Shown here in pieces: positions 26,687 through 36,732 of a stretch of DNA of 64,000 nt (positions within the stretch are counted from its first letter, which is position 1; every line of letters starts with the position of its first letter). The stretch lies in NCBI GenBank assembly GCA_964623495.1, contig CAZUTV010000002.1:18789-82788 (forward strand), given 5' to 3'. The position numbers and the translations under genes were made by a program. This DNA is from Candidatus Woesearchaeota archaeon (GTDB taxonomy: Archaea; Nanobdellota; Nanobdellia; Pacearchaeales; GW2011-AR1). The notes beneath the pieces were generated by a model, which saw nothing but the letters and a program-made list of their open reading frames with translations, ran no database searches and was not told where the DNA came from.

Positions 26687-26898
26687 TGGGAATTGAGGAT
26701 ATGGCTAGAGAGTGGAAAGCCATTGCACGGGAGGCTTTAAGGATAGGTTATTTTCAGGTGCCTAAGCATGAGGATGATCCGGAAGTCGTGATTTTAGATA
26801 GAAGGATTGCAAGATATCATCATGATCACGGACAGCCTTTTAGTTTTACCAATGCCCCTGCAGGAGTAAATGCAGGAGATTATCTCTTGGAGCATTAG
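26686..26898 (+). CDS. Hypothetical protein
   Basis: 70-aa ORF translationally coupled (TAATG) to the upstream gene. Confidence 0.45.
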   Translation: MGIEDMAREWKAIAREALRIGYFQVPKHEDDPEVVILDRRIARYHHDHGQPFSFTNAPAGVNAGDYLLEH

Positions 26899-27566
26899 TA
26901 TTTCTCGTTAATTACTTTGAAGACTTCTGCTTTTTTTCCAATGCAAGATTTTAGCTCTTCATAGGATGCATTGAAAATACCTTTTAACGTTTTGAATTCT
27001 TTAAGAAGCTTTCTTGCAGTTGCAGGGCCAATCCCCTGAAATCCTTCGAGAATAAACCGCATTTGCTCTTTTTTAGATAGGTTCTTTTTTTTTGCTTTCA
27101 ACGAAATTTCTTTTTCTTGTTTTTTGGCAAGTATGCATATAAACTTTGCCGTATCTTCTGGATTTTTTGTGAATATTATTGGAACCTGGAACTTTAACAA
27201 GATAGATAAGATAAATCCTCTGACGGCGTTCCCATTGATTCCTTCTGGCCGGTCGTTATATAGTTCTTGTTCTTCAATCCCCTCGATAATCAGCAACCTT
27301 TTTTTGTATTGTTGCAATTCTTCAAGCTGCCTTAGAAGTCTTTTATTGATCATTGAGCTTAGAAAATCAGAGATCGTTTTTCTCTCAATGGCCACATCCC
27401 TCACAATATAATCTGCAACTTTTAATTCGCGGATATCCGTCTCTATTCCCAAGTTGATTAGGTTTGAAATAACCAGAGAGTTTTTCTCTCGGTAATCTGC
27501 AATAATCCTCGGCTTTTCTACGATTTTAATTGGTTTTTTTGAAAAGATGTTTAAAAATCCAGACAT
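26895..27566 (-). CDS. ERCC4/XPF nuclease with HhH domain (Hef nuclease part)
   Basis: IIADYRE, ADYIV, IERKTISDF and GIGPATARKLL; the ATG at 27566 follows the helicase stop. Confidence 0.9.
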   Translation of the reverse strand: MSGFLNIFSKKPIKIVEKPRIIADYREKNSLVISNLINLGIETDIRELKVADYIVRDVAIERKTISDFLSSMINKRLLRQLEELQQYKKRLLIIEGIEEQELYNDRPEGINGNAVRGFILSILLKFQVPIIFTKNPEDTAKFICILAKKQEKEISLKAKKKNLSKKEQMRFILEGFQGIGPATARKLLKEFKTLKGIFNASYEELKSCIGKKAEVFKVINEKY

Positions 27567-27567
27567 G

Positions 27568-29130
27568 TTAAAGGGTTTTTTGCTTTTCCTCTTTTTTATT
27601 GCTTTCAAGTTTGTTTTTTATAGAATGAATTGCAGTATGCATTCTTTTTTCCTTTGCTCTAGAGGCATAGTAGAATCCCTCGTCTCTTGTGCCTTTGGTG
27701 ATTAGAATCTTAAGTTTGCCTGGCATTAGTCTTGCAGTTCTTCCTGCACGCTGTATCGCGCGAATTGCGCTTGGAACAGGCTCGTAAAAAATAACTGCAT
27801 TAACTTCTGGGATGTCTAAGCCTTCTTCTCCAATTGATGTTGCACAGAGCACATTTATCTCTCCATGGCTGAAATCAATTAAAACATTTTTTTGCTCTCT
27901 CTGATTTAGACCAGAAGATTTTTCACCAAGACCTTTTTTTGCCTGGCCAACAAAAACTTTTGCTTTAATTCCATTTATTTCGTTTAGCTCCTTGCAAATT
28001 TTTACAATAGTATCCCTATACTGGGCAAAGATAATAGCTTTCATTTTTGGGTTTTGCTGAAATTCGTGTTCTATCTCTGCCTTTAGTGTTGATAATTTTG
28101 GGTTTTCTATTTTTTTGGCTAAGAGTTCATTCATTAAAACATATGCTTTATTGAATTCCGGCTGTTTGACAATATTCTGGATCGCTTTGCTTTTCTTTTG
28201 CTTTGCCTGTTCAAACATAGAGAGGAAGTATTGCTGTAGGGAGTAAAGTGTTTGTGTTTCCAACAATTCAAGGGCATGCTGAAGCTTTATTGCCTGCGCA
28301 CACGCGCTTGCTCCGGATAAAATATTTAAATTTTTATCCCCCATAGATATTCTATGCATTATTTTGCCTTGCAACTCCAAGAGGCTCTTTTTTGTAGCCA
28401 TTCCAAAGAGCAAGCTTCTGTTCTTTAATTCCTCGACCTTTTTGTCATAAATCTTTTTCAAGAGTTCTTTTATCTCCTGGAATTCTGGGGGAAAATTTAC
28501 TTGGATTTTTTCAAAATCCAGATCTTGTAGATACTCTTTTACGTCTGGGCTTTCGCGGGTTCTTAATTCCACCGCCTCTATAGAGAGATTTTTGCAAATT
28601 TGCTTGATTCTTGATTCTTCACTGCCAGGAGAGGCAGTTAATCCAAGAATTCTCTGGTTTTGAGACTGCTGGATGTATCTTTGAGCTACAAGATTATAGT
28701 CGTAGTTGTTAATGCATCTATGGGCTTCATCCTCGATTAATAGGCTTGTTTCCCTTAAGTCATAAAGATAATTCTTTAAGTCATTGGCCACGCACTGAGG
28801 AGTCGAGAAGATTATATCTGCATTTTGAAAAAGTTTTTTTCTATTCTCTGGAGGGACAGATCCGGTGAATAGTTCCATCGTAGCGAATAATTCTGGGAGA
28901 TGTTTTTTAAAATAATCGAGATGTTGTTCTGCTAAAGGCCTAGTTGGAGCCAGAAAAAGAACTTTGTGGTTGGGAAATTTTTTCAGCCTTTCAATAGAGA
29001 GCATTAGTGCGATGAGTGTTTTGCCGACGCCTGTCGGAAGAACAACAAGGGTGTTTTTTGACTTGCTGGTTTCAAAAATTGCTTTTTGGTATTCTCTAGG
29101 ATTTATCTCTTTTAGAAAATTTTCAGACAT
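27568..29130 (-). CDS. Hef/FANCM-like SF2 helicase
   Basis: LPTGVGKT, DEAH, LTASPG, TSIGEEGLDIP and QRAGRTAR. Confidence 0.93.
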   Translation of the reverse strand: MSENFLKEINPREYQKAIFETSKSKNTLVVLPTGVGKTLIALMLSIERLKKFPNHKVLFLAPTRPLAEQHLDYFKKHLPELFATMELFTGSVPPENRKKLFQNADIIFSTPQCVANDLKNYLYDLRETSLLIEDEAHRCINNYDYNLVAQRYIQQSQNQRILGLTASPGSEESRIKQICKNLSIEAVELRTRESPDVKEYLQDLDFEKIQVNFPPEFQEIKELLKKIYDKKVEELKNRSLLFGMATKKSLLELQGKIMHRISMGDKNLNILSGASACAQAIKLQHALELLETQTLYSLQQYFLSMFEQAKQKKSKAIQNIVKQPEFNKAYVLMNELLAKKIENPKLSTLKAEIEHEFQQNPKMKAIIFAQYRDTIVKICKELNEINGIKAKVFVGQAKKGLGEKSSGLNQREQKNVLIDFSHGEINVLCATSIGEEGLDIPEVNAVIFYEPVPSAIRAIQRAGRTARLMPGKLKILITKGTRDEGFYYASRAKEKRMHTAIHSIKNKLESNKKEEKQKTL

Positions 29131-29167
29131 GTTTTTAGAGAATTTATTGGGGTATAATAATCTATCT

Positions 29168-29401
29168 TTACTCTTTTTTAACTATTGCGTATATTATCAA
29201 TACTGCTGCACAAATAAGCAAAATTAACCCTATTGTGGGAACAATGCTTATGAAGTTTGATTCCTCTGGAAAGATCACGTTTCCTGTGACTGTTTGTCCC
29301 CCGATTAAAGGCCATGCGAAATATAATCCCCCAAGCAGAGCCAGAATTCCAAAGGTTGCTATAACGCTTTTTTTCTCAAAGAAGTCTTTTTGTTTTTTCA
29401 T
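29168..29401 (-). CDS. Small 2-TM protein with a TGNVI motif
   Basis: TM-TGNVI-TM architecture. Confidence 0.65.
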   Translation of the reverse strand: MKKQKDFFEKKSVIATFGILALLGGLYFAWPLIGGQTVTGNVIFPEESNFISIVPTIGLILLICAAVLIIYAIVKKE

Positions 29402-29435
29402 TGTTTAATTAATTTAGGGTTGTTTAAATGCTTTT

Positions 29436-30059
29436 TTATATTATTAGTAGGGCATATCCCAAACCGATCAAAGTTACGATTGCCAGGAAGCTCCACAACA
29501 CAAGATTTCCAAAAAAGATTTTGTTTCCATCTAGGTCTGATATTGGGAGCATGTTAAAGAATACAAAAATAATGCTTAGTTTTGCAAAATCAGGGATATT
29601 TAGGATATACCCTAAGCCCGCAAAAATTAAACTAATTATGACCCCTGTTGCAGCTATTAGGCCTATATGTCGCTCAGTCATTTCTGAAAAAGAATATAAC
29701 CCGTGTCTTTTAGCTGCCCGATATGCTTTTGGTTTTACATCGAAGACAAGAGAAGCGAGCCAGTAAATATTCCCGAGAGTTATGGCGCCTATTAATAAGG
29801 GGAAGGCAATTCCTGCAGGGAATGGTTTTTTGAAATGGCTTGCTGGCGTAAAACCATATCTTTCTATTTCCCAGAGTTTTATTTCTATCTCTGATTCAAG
29901 GTAGAAAGCCATTATTTTTTTGGCGATTATATTTATAAGAAGTATCGCAAAAATTACAACTAGTACGTAGATAAATCTCTCAAAGGATTTTAGGAGGGTA
30001 ATTATTAATGCAAAGACTAGTGAGGTTACAATCATCCAGGCAAATTCCCTTGCTTTCAT
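29436..30059 (-). CDS. Membrane protein related to M50 (site-2) peptidases, probably inactive
   Basis: FNMLPISDLDG resembles the NxxPxxxLDG motif; the HExxH motif is absent. Confidence 0.6.
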   Translation of the reverse strand: MKAREFAWMIVTSLVFALIITLLKSFERFIYVLVVIFAILLINIIAKKIMAFYLESEIEIKLWEIERYGFTPASHFKKPFPAGIAFPLLIGAITLGNIYWLASLVFDVKPKAYRAAKRHGLYSFSEMTERHIGLIAATGVIISLIFAGLGYILNIPDFAKLSIIFVFFNMLPISDLDGNKIFFGNLVLWSFLAIVTLIGLGYALLII

Positions 30060-30142
30060 GTTAAATATATGTTTGGTTTTTTTATAAACTTATTGTCTTG
30101 TGTATGGAAAACTATTTAAATAAGAGATTTATAAATCTTGTT

Positions 30143-30430
30143 ATGAGGATAAGAAAAATTAGCGAGGTATTAGGACTCAAAGTCTATACTGATGGCGGAG
30201 ATTTCTTTGGAGAAGTGGAGGAAGCCAATCTCTTTGAAAATAAAATTGATGGTTGGAGGATAAGGGTTGGTGGAGGCATTACTTCTTTAATTGGGGGAGC
30301 AAGAGGTGTGATCATTCCGCATCACTTTGTTAAAGCAATCAGTGATGTGTTTGTAATAAGTAAGACTGCTCTGCCAAGTCCGGAAGCTAGTATGCCTGGA
30401 GTTGAAGAAGTCCCTGGCGATCTAGTATAA
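30143..30430 (+). CDS. PRC-barrel domain protein (CdpB-like)
   Basis: VLGLKVYTDGGDFFGEVEE...IIPHHFVKAISDVFVI. Confidence 0.85.
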   Translation: MRIRKISEVLGLKVYTDGGDFFGEVEEANLFENKIDGWRIRVGGGITSLIGGARGVIIPHHFVKAISDVFVISKTALPSPEASMPGVEEVPGDLV

Positions 30431-30463
30431 CGAACCTCTTTTAAAAGAAGGTTCCAAAAAACC
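30431..30463. repeat. Intergenic repeat family B, copy 2 (hairpin GAACCT...AGGTTC)
   Basis: CGAACCTCTTTTAAAAGAAGGTTCCAAAAAACC. Confidence 0.55.
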
Positions 30464-30472
30464 TAAGAAAAA

Positions 30473-30970
30473 ATGGCAACAGAAAATCTGTTACAATCTG
30501 AGATTTTAGTAAAATTTGTATATCCCTTCTTATTGATATTCTTCATAGTCTTTGCTGTCCTGGAGAAAACAAAGCTCTTTGGTGAGAAGAAACAAGCAAA
30601 CGCAATGATTGCTTTTGTTATAGGGCTGATTTTTGTTGGTGCTTTAGCCCCTAAGCTAATTGTAAGCAACCTGATCTTGTTTTTAAGTGTTGCAATTGTC
30701 ATTGTTTTTGTTGTTTTAATATTATACGGCTTTGCAGCAGGCGAGAAAGAGGGTCTTGAAGTGAAGCTTAAGGGATTGAAGTGGGTCATTGGAATTGTGG
30801 TAGTTGTTGCTGTAATTGTTGCAATGTTTTTGATTACGGGAGTTTTTGAAGAGGTAATTGATAGCTTGTTTAGGAGCGATTGGAGCAACGATTTGTGGAC
30901 CAATGTTATTTTTATTGTTGTTATTGCAGCAGCTCTTGCAGTGGTTATGAGATCGGCAAAGAGCAAATAA
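30473..30970 (+). CDS. Polytopic membrane protein
   Basis: YPFLLIFFIVFAVLEKTKLFG; paralogous to the next gene. Confidence 0.75.
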   Translation: MATENLLQSEILVKFVYPFLLIFFIVFAVLEKTKLFGEKKQANAMIAFVIGLIFVGALAPKLIVSNLILFLSVAIVIVFVVLILYGFAAGEKEGLEVKLKGLKWVIGIVVVVAVIVAMFLITGVFEEVIDSLFRSDWSNDLWTNVIFIVVIAAALAVVMRSAKSK

Positions 30971-31069
30971 ATTATTTTATCGAGGCGTTTGGATACTTTT
31001 TTAAGGAGGATATTAAAAAACCATTAAAGGAAGAGAAACATATTTAAAAGAGGTTTAACTATATAAGAT

Positions 31070-31603
31070 ATGAGTGTGATAACATTTTTAGCATCCGGAA
31101 GTTTTTTTGGAGGAGGATTTGGAGATATTCTTAATAAGTGGCAAGAAGCAGGAGTTTTTTCTTATGTACTCCCTTTTCTGTTAATCTTTGCGTTGGTCTT
31201 TGGAATTTTAACCAAGATGAGTCTTCTTGGAGAGAATAAACCAGTTAATGCTATAATCTCTTTAGCTATTGGATTAATGGCCTTGCAGTTTGATTTTGTA
31301 CCAAGATTTTTTTCTGAGATCTTTCCTAGACTTGGAATAGGGCTTTCAATACTCCTTGCGTTATTGATACTTACCGGATTATTCTGGAGCAATGAAGATT
31401 CGCAAACTGCCTGGTTTAAGTTCGTTCTTTTGGTTGCAGGATTCATCATAGTTGTGGTTACTGTAATCAATACTGCCGGATCCTTGGGATGGAGTGCGGG
31501 TTATTGGTGGGAAGATCATTGGATAAGTGTTTTGGGGGTAATAGTCCTGCTTGTTTTAATTGGATGGCTTGTTGCTGCTGGTGGCGGAAGCAAGAAAAAG
31601 TGA
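31070..31603 (+). CDS. Polytopic membrane protein (paralog of 30473..30970)
   Basis: LPFLLIFALVFGILTKMSLLG...NAIISLAIGL. Confidence 0.75.
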   Translation: MSVITFLASGSFFGGGFGDILNKWQEAGVFSYVLPFLLIFALVFGILTKMSLLGENKPVNAIISLAIGLMALQFDFVPRFFSEIFPRLGIGLSILLALLILTGLFWSNEDSQTAWFKFVLLVAGFIIVVVTVINTAGSLGWSAGYWWEDHWISVLGVIVLLVLIGWLVAAGGGSKKK

Positions 31604-31729
31604 TTCTTTTGTCTTGAAAATTTTTGAAAGATTTAATGTGGGGTTTTGATATTTTAATCTTTTGAAATATAAAGAACGTATAGTACTTAAAAATAAATGT
31701 TTTATGTCTTAGCCTTAAATTAGCAGGCG

Positions 31730-32236
31730 TTATTTCTTCAGGTCTCTAAAGAACAAGATTTCGCCGAGGATTGTTAAAGTTAAAGCGAGGAAAAAGACAA
31801 TGTTTAGTGATGAAGGGCCTGTTCTTGAGGCTATTGCATTTCCTGTGCCTGTCAAAAAGTCAGGGGCTGCCATGAGGATAATCCCTATTATCATGAAGAT
31901 CGAGGCTGCAACTCTTGTTATGGGAGTCATATCTACTAATTTTCCTTCTAACTTTCCCTCCTGAAGCCTTTTTTTTAGCCTGCTTCCTTTTTTGGTTAGA
32001 GTATACAGTTCCATTTTTCCAACAAATTCTGGGTGATGGCCTATCCTTGATTTTATTACTCCTTTTGATCTTAAATCATAAAGATCTTTTCTTAGTGCAT
32101 CATAGGCTTCTTTGGTATTTGGGACTCCAAAGTATCTTGCAATTTCTGTTAAATTGTGCGGATCTGCCCTATAATCTAAAAAACCAATGTATCTCTGCTG
32201 CAAATCTGTTAGGCGCATTTCTTCTCTTTTTACCAT
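31730..32236 (-). CDS. Membrane-anchored winged-helix protein (wHTH-TM-TGNAI-TM)
   Basis: NLTEIARYFG...LRKDLYDLRSKGVIK...YTLTKKG, then two TM helices. Confidence 0.65.
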   Translation of the reverse strand: MVKREEMRLTDLQQRYIGFLDYRADPHNLTEIARYFGVPNTKEAYDALRKDLYDLRSKGVIKSRIGHHPEFVGKMELYTLTKKGSRLKKRLQEGKLEGKLVDMTPITRVAASIFMIIGIILMAAPDFLTGTGNAIASRTGPSSLNIVFFLALTLTILGEILFFRDLKK

Positions 32237-32237
32237 T

Positions 32238-32912
32238 TTATCTTCTTAAAATCTTTTTTTCTGCTTTATCTAAGACCGGATTCACCACTTTTGCAAAAGA
32301 ATCCTGCATCATAGACATCTCTTTTTTAATGCTGTCAAGGTTATCGCCATATCCGCCTATTTTTTCCAGGATAGATATTTGCAGTTTATCAATCATTGTC
32401 TCTATTCTTTTTAATCTTTCTTCGGCAGTATTAAGGCGGGTGTCTGTTAAAACCTTAAATTCGTTTAGTGCCTCTATCTGTTTTTCTATTTTCTTTATTT
32501 TGTCTGTGAATACCTGCTCTGCAATCTCTATTAGTGTTCCGGTGTCCGTTGTTCCGCTATAAGAATAATACTGTTGCTGCTGGTCTTGAGGGTAATCCCC
32601 TTGCGGATAGGAATACATGTCCTGCTGTGCAAACTGCCCTTGGTCGTAATAAGCATCTGGGGCGGGGGCCTGCATTGTTTGATCTGCAGGGTAATCCTCA
32701 TAGGTCTCTTGCTGATTTAATTGCTGCCTGTTCATTATTGATTGTTGCATATCGTCCATTTCTCTTTTTGTCACTACCTCTTTAATTTGGGCTTGGGCCA
32801 TTGCCTCTTGAATCATTTTTGGGGGTATCCCTTGTTCTTTGAGATCATTTATAATCTCGGAGTCAGATCTTCCCTGGCTCTTCATTGTTGTTACCTGATC
32901 TAATACGCCCAA
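32238..32912 (-). CDS. Hypothetical protein with a Gln/Tyr-rich linker and C-terminal coiled coil
   Basis: ORF track; low-complexity middle and heptad repeats. Confidence 0.7.
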   Translation of the reverse strand: MGVLDQVTTMKSQGRSDSEIINDLKEQGIPPKMIQEAMAQAQIKEVVTKREMDDMQQSIMNRQQLNQQETYEDYPADQTMQAPAPDAYYDQGQFAQQDMYSYPQGDYPQDQQQQYYSYSGTTDTGTLIEIAEQVFTDKIKKIEKQIEALNEFKVLTDTRLNTAEERLKRIETMIDKLQISILEKIGGYGDNLDSIKKEMSMMQDSFAKVVNPVLDKAEKKILRR

Positions 32913-32928
32913 CTTCTTTTATAAGTGA

Positions 32929-33270
32929 TTAGTTCTTTTTTAATTTTTCCAATTCGGATCTTCTAACAAATTCCAATGGTTGGAACATCTTTGCCTGTTT
33001 GACTAATATATCCAGGTCTTCTTTTCTTGCGAACTTTGAAAATTCTTCTGAGATTGATTCAAGGAATGTTTTTATCCGCTCTAGGGTTGATCTTATTGTC
33101 TCCAGGTCTTTTTTTATTTCTAATACGTCCTGAGAAGTTTTTTCTTTGCTCTCTATCAAATTTTGCCCAACTAAAAGCAATCTGTCCTTTAGGATTCTGT
33201 TTTTTTCTTCAAGATCTCTGATCTTGGTGTTCATATCTGCAAAGTAAGCATACTCATAATTTTCTTCCAT
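32929..33270 (-). CDS. Coiled-coil hypothetical protein
   Basis: Heptad pattern; divergent from the pilus ATPase. Confidence 0.7.
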   Translation of the reverse strand: MEENYEYAYFADMNTKIRDLEEKNRILKDRLLLVGQNLIESKEKTSQDVLEIKKDLETIRSTLERIKTFLESISEEFSKFARKEDLDILVKQAKMFQPLEFVRRSELEKLKKN

Positions 33271-33352
33271 GTTTTATAGATGGAAAAAGAGTTTAAAATT
33301 GTTTGCTCTTTTACATACAAAATAATTTAAACTTGCTCTTTCTTTTAGGATT

Positions 33353-35632
33353 ATGAAATTCAAAAACGAGGTGCCCCTTTATGCTTACGAGGTACAGAGA
33401 GAGGGAGGGGAAGATATCCTCTATGTTAATTATTTGGGCGCCCCATTCGTTCCTAGTATTGCCGATCATGTGGAAGTAATGGATATGGTTATTGACGCTC
33501 TAATAAAAAATCCAAATGTTTCAAGGGTCGTCTTGGTTCAGCAAAAAAATTACAATTATGGCATAAAGGAAGTTTCGCTACTTTTGGAAATTGCTTCTTT
33601 ATACGTTTATCTTGTAAAGCAGGAGAAGATCCTTTCCCAAGAAAAGATAGGTTCAAGTAGCCCTGCAGAATTTGGCCAGAGATATAGGGATTTATCTAAA
33701 TTTTTGATGCTGTTAAAAAGAGACCCTATCGCCTCTTACTTTGAATTGAAAAGAATTGTTTTGGAAACTAGAGTTTCTTTGGAAAGAGAAAGGAGGCTTG
33801 AACAGGAGAGTTATTTAAGATTTTTAGAAAAGCTGCTTTCTTTAATCGATGCTTCCAAAATTATTCAGGAAGCTAGCCAGTATTTTCAGGATTATGGGTT
33901 GGGAAACAGGGAGATATACAACAAAATCTTGAAAGTAGACATTGTTCCAAATTTTACTTATACGAGATTGGTTTCTGGCTTGCCGGATGATTCGGAAATT
34001 ATTGATCAATATAAAATTGCACAGGAAAGCTATGACGAATCTCTAGTGACTATCTTAAAAAAGAAAGACGAGGCTAAACTTATATATCACCTAGTTCCCC
34101 CAGAAAATGTTTTGAGGGAAGACCATAATCTTCTTCTGAATCTTGGTAAAGAGGTTTTGATAGAGCACCAGCCAAAGGCCGAGGAATTTACTGATACAGG
34201 AAGAACAAGGCAGGTTTTTTTTAATATTGCCAAAGATTTACTGCAAGATCTGGCCCAAAGTCAAGGGATCTTGTTGAATTTCGAAGATTTAAATAAGCTT
34301 GCTACAATTCTTGTCAGACACACTATTGGCTTTGGGGTGATTGAGGTTCTTTTGCAGGACAAGAAGCTGCAGGATATCTCTTTAAACTCGCCAATACCAA
34401 TGACGAATATTTTTGTCAGGCACCAAGACTATGATGAGTGCATTACCAACATCCTCCCAAGTCAGGAGGATGCTGATTCGTGGGCTGCTAAATTTAGAAT
34501 GATCTCTGGGAGACCGTTAGACGAAGCAAATCCGATCTTAGATACTCAACTTGAGATAGGGAAGATAAGTGCAAGAATTGCAATTATCCAGCAACCTTTG
34601 TCTCCCGAAGGGCTTGCTTATGCTCTTAGGAGGCATAGGGAAGAACCATGGACTCTGCCTTTGTTTATTCAAAATAAAATGCTAAATCCGTTTGCTGCAG
34701 GGCTTTTAAGTTTTTTGATAGATGGATCTAGGACTTTGCTTGTTGCAGGAACAAGAAGCAGCGGGAAGACCTCTTTGCTTGGAAGTTTAATGCTTGAAAT
34801 TATTCCGAGGTATAGAATTATTGTTATTGAAGATTCCTTAGAACTGCCTGTAGACTCACTTAGAAAGCTTAAATATGATATTTTAAGGATGAAAGTTAGG
34901 TCTGCTTTGCTTAAGACCACTACAGAGGTTTCTGCGGATGATGGTATTAGAACTAGTTTAAGACTTGGAGATAGCTGCTTAATTATCGGGGAGGTAAGAA
35001 GTGTTGAAGCCAAGGCCCTTTATGAGGCTATGAGGGTTGGAGCTTTAGCGAACGTTGTTGCAGGAACAATACATGGGGCTTCTCCTTACGGTGTTTTTGA
35101 TAGAGTTGTTAATGATCTAGAAGTGCCTGCAACTAGCTTTAAAGCGACAGATATTATTGCGGTCGCAAATCCTATAAAGAGCCCTGATGGATTGCATTCT
35201 TGGAGAAGGATTATACAGCTTGCAGAAGTAAGAAAGCACTGGAAAAACGATCCGCAAGAAGAGAAGGGCTTTGTTGATTTGTTGAGATATAATGTGGAGA
35301 AAGATGGGTTGGAGGCAAGCGATGATCTGATTAATGGGGATAGCGAGGTTATTAAAAGCATCGCGGCGAATGTAAAAGGATGGGCGGGAAACTGGGACGC
35401 TGTTTACGATAATATTCTTCTAAGAGCTAAAATAAAAAAAGAGATAGTTGATGTGGCAAACAAGCTTGGGAATTTAAGGTTGTTGGAAGCAGAGTTTAAT
35501 GTTCTTAGCAGCGACGCTTTTCATAAAATTTCAGATGAAGTTAGGCAGGAAATTGGATTGCCTTTGTCTGAAAGAGTATTCCCTGCATGGCAAAGCTGGC
35601 TGAATAAGAAGATAAAGGGCAGAAAAATATAG
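33353..35632 (+). CDS. Type II/IV secretion (type IV pilus assembly) ATPase, VirB11/CpaF/PilB-like
   Basis: Walker A GTRSSGKTS, Asp box IEDSLEL, Walker B IIGEVRS and His box GTIHG. Confidence 0.92.
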   Translation: MKFKNEVPLYAYEVQREGGEDILYVNYLGAPFVPSIADHVEVMDMVIDALIKNPNVSRVVLVQQKNYNYGIKEVSLLLEIASLYVYLVKQEKILSQEKIGSSSPAEFGQRYRDLSKFLMLLKRDPIASYFELKRIVLETRVSLERERRLEQESYLRFLEKLLSLIDASKIIQEASQYFQDYGLGNREIYNKILKVDIVPNFTYTRLVSGLPDDSEIIDQYKIAQESYDESLVTILKKKDEAKLIYHLVPPENVLREDHNLLLNLGKEVLIEHQPKAEEFTDTGRTRQVFFNIAKDLLQDLAQSQGILLNFEDLNKLATILVRHTIGFGVIEVLLQDKKLQDISLNSPIPMTNIFVRHQDYDECITNILPSQEDADSWAAKFRMISGRPLDEANPILDTQLEIGKISARIAIIQQPLSPEGLAYALRRHREEPWTLPLFIQNKMLNPFAAGLLSFLIDGSRTLLVAGTRSSGKTSLLGSLMLEIIPRYRIIVIEDSLELPVDSLRKLKYDILRMKVRSALLKTTTEVSADDGIRTSLRLGDSCLIIGEVRSVEAKALYEAMRVGALANVVAGTIHGASPYGVFDRVVNDLEVPATSFKATDIIAVANPIKSPDGLHSWRRIIQLAEVRKHWKNDPQEEKGFVDLLRYNVEKDGLEASDDLINGDSEVIKSIAANVKGWAGNWDAVYDNILLRAKIKKEIVDVANKLGNLRLLEAEFNVLSSDAFHKISDEVRQEIGLPLSERVFPAWQSWLNKKIKGRKI

Positions 35633-35662
35633 CTTTATAAACAAAAAGAGCTTTTTTTATTA

Positions 35663-36679
35663 ATGCGTAAATTATTGTGGAATTTTGTTTCCTTTGCAGT
35701 CATTATCTTCCTTCTGTGGCTTGTTTTGAAGGATATTAGCTTTAAGGATGTTTATCTGCTGCTTAAAATTGCAGATCTAAAATATATCTCTCTTGCTGTT
35801 TTTGCAACTCTTCTGACTTTTATTGTTTGGGCAGTAAGGTGGTCATATTTATTTACCGGCCTTTTTAAGGGAGATTTTATGTTCTTGCTTCACCTCTTAC
35901 TTGCCGGGGCTTTTTTTAATACAATAACTCCTGGAGCAGGAATTGGAGGAGAGCCTTTTAGAGCGCATTTTTTATCCAAGAGGTATAAAAAATCTAGGGC
36001 AGTTATGCTGGCGTATGTCTTGGCAGATAAATTCTTTCAACTCATTGTTTTAGGCGTATTTGCTGTTTTTTCTATTTTATTCCTTTTTGTTTATGTAAAG
36101 ATGTCTAACACCTTGAAATATGTTCTGGAAGGAATACTGATCTTTGTAGTGATTTTTGCCGGAACAACCATCTATCTTACTATTAAAAAGTTAAATTTTA
36201 ATCTCGGAAATTTCTCGAGGAAATTTCATTTCTTCAGATTCCTGAGGAAGAGATTTAAGACTGCAGACCATTTGGAAGACTTTGTAAACAAGAAGATAAG
36301 GGTCTTTGCGAGAGTTTTTAGATCTTCTGTTAAAAACAAGAAAACAATGTTTTGGGCGTTTTTCTTGGCTGTTTTGTTTTGGATGTTTAATTTCCTTACT
36401 ACCTATTTCTTATTTTTGGCTTTTGATTTTAATGTTAACTTTCTTTCAGTAATCATTGTTGTAACTCTTGGAAATCTGATTGGTGCTTTAGCAATGCTTC
36501 CTGGAGGAATAGCTGTTACAGAGATTAGCATGACCCTATTATTTTCTGCCATGGGCATTATTTTGCCTATAGCCTTGCTCGCTTCTTTTCTTACTAGGAT
36601 AATTTATTACTTTTTTAGTTTAGTCATTGGAGGTTTTAGTTTGCTTTATATTAGGAGACTCGTTAATTCCAAGAAGTAG
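35663..36679 (+). CDS. Flippase-like membrane protein (UPF0104 / lysylphosphatidylglycerol synthase TM family)
   Basis: FFNTITPGAGIGGEPFRA, LPGGIAVTE and TRIIYYF. Confidence 0.85.
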   Translation: MRKLLWNFVSFAVIIFLLWLVLKDISFKDVYLLLKIADLKYISLAVFATLLTFIVWAVRWSYLFTGLFKGDFMFLLHLLLAGAFFNTITPGAGIGGEPFRAHFLSKRYKKSRAVMLAYVLADKFFQLIVLGVFAVFSILFLFVYVKMSNTLKYVLEGILIFVVIFAGTTIYLTIKKLNFNLGNFSRKFHFFRFLRKRFKTADHLEDFVNKKIRVFARVFRSSVKNKKTMFWAFFLAVLFWMFNFLTTYFLFLAFDFNVNFLSVIIVVTLGNLIGALAMLPGGIAVTEISMTLLFSAMGIILPIALLASFLTRIIYYFFSLVIGGFSLLYIRRLVNSKK

Positions 36680-36732
36680 TTTTTTCTAAACATTTATTAA
36701 TTGTTTTTACTACCTTTAGAAGAGGTGATTGT

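Noticed and set aside
31915..32562. 215-aa plus-strand ORF
   Set aside because: It is antisense to two plausible minus-strand genes and has an atypical composition.
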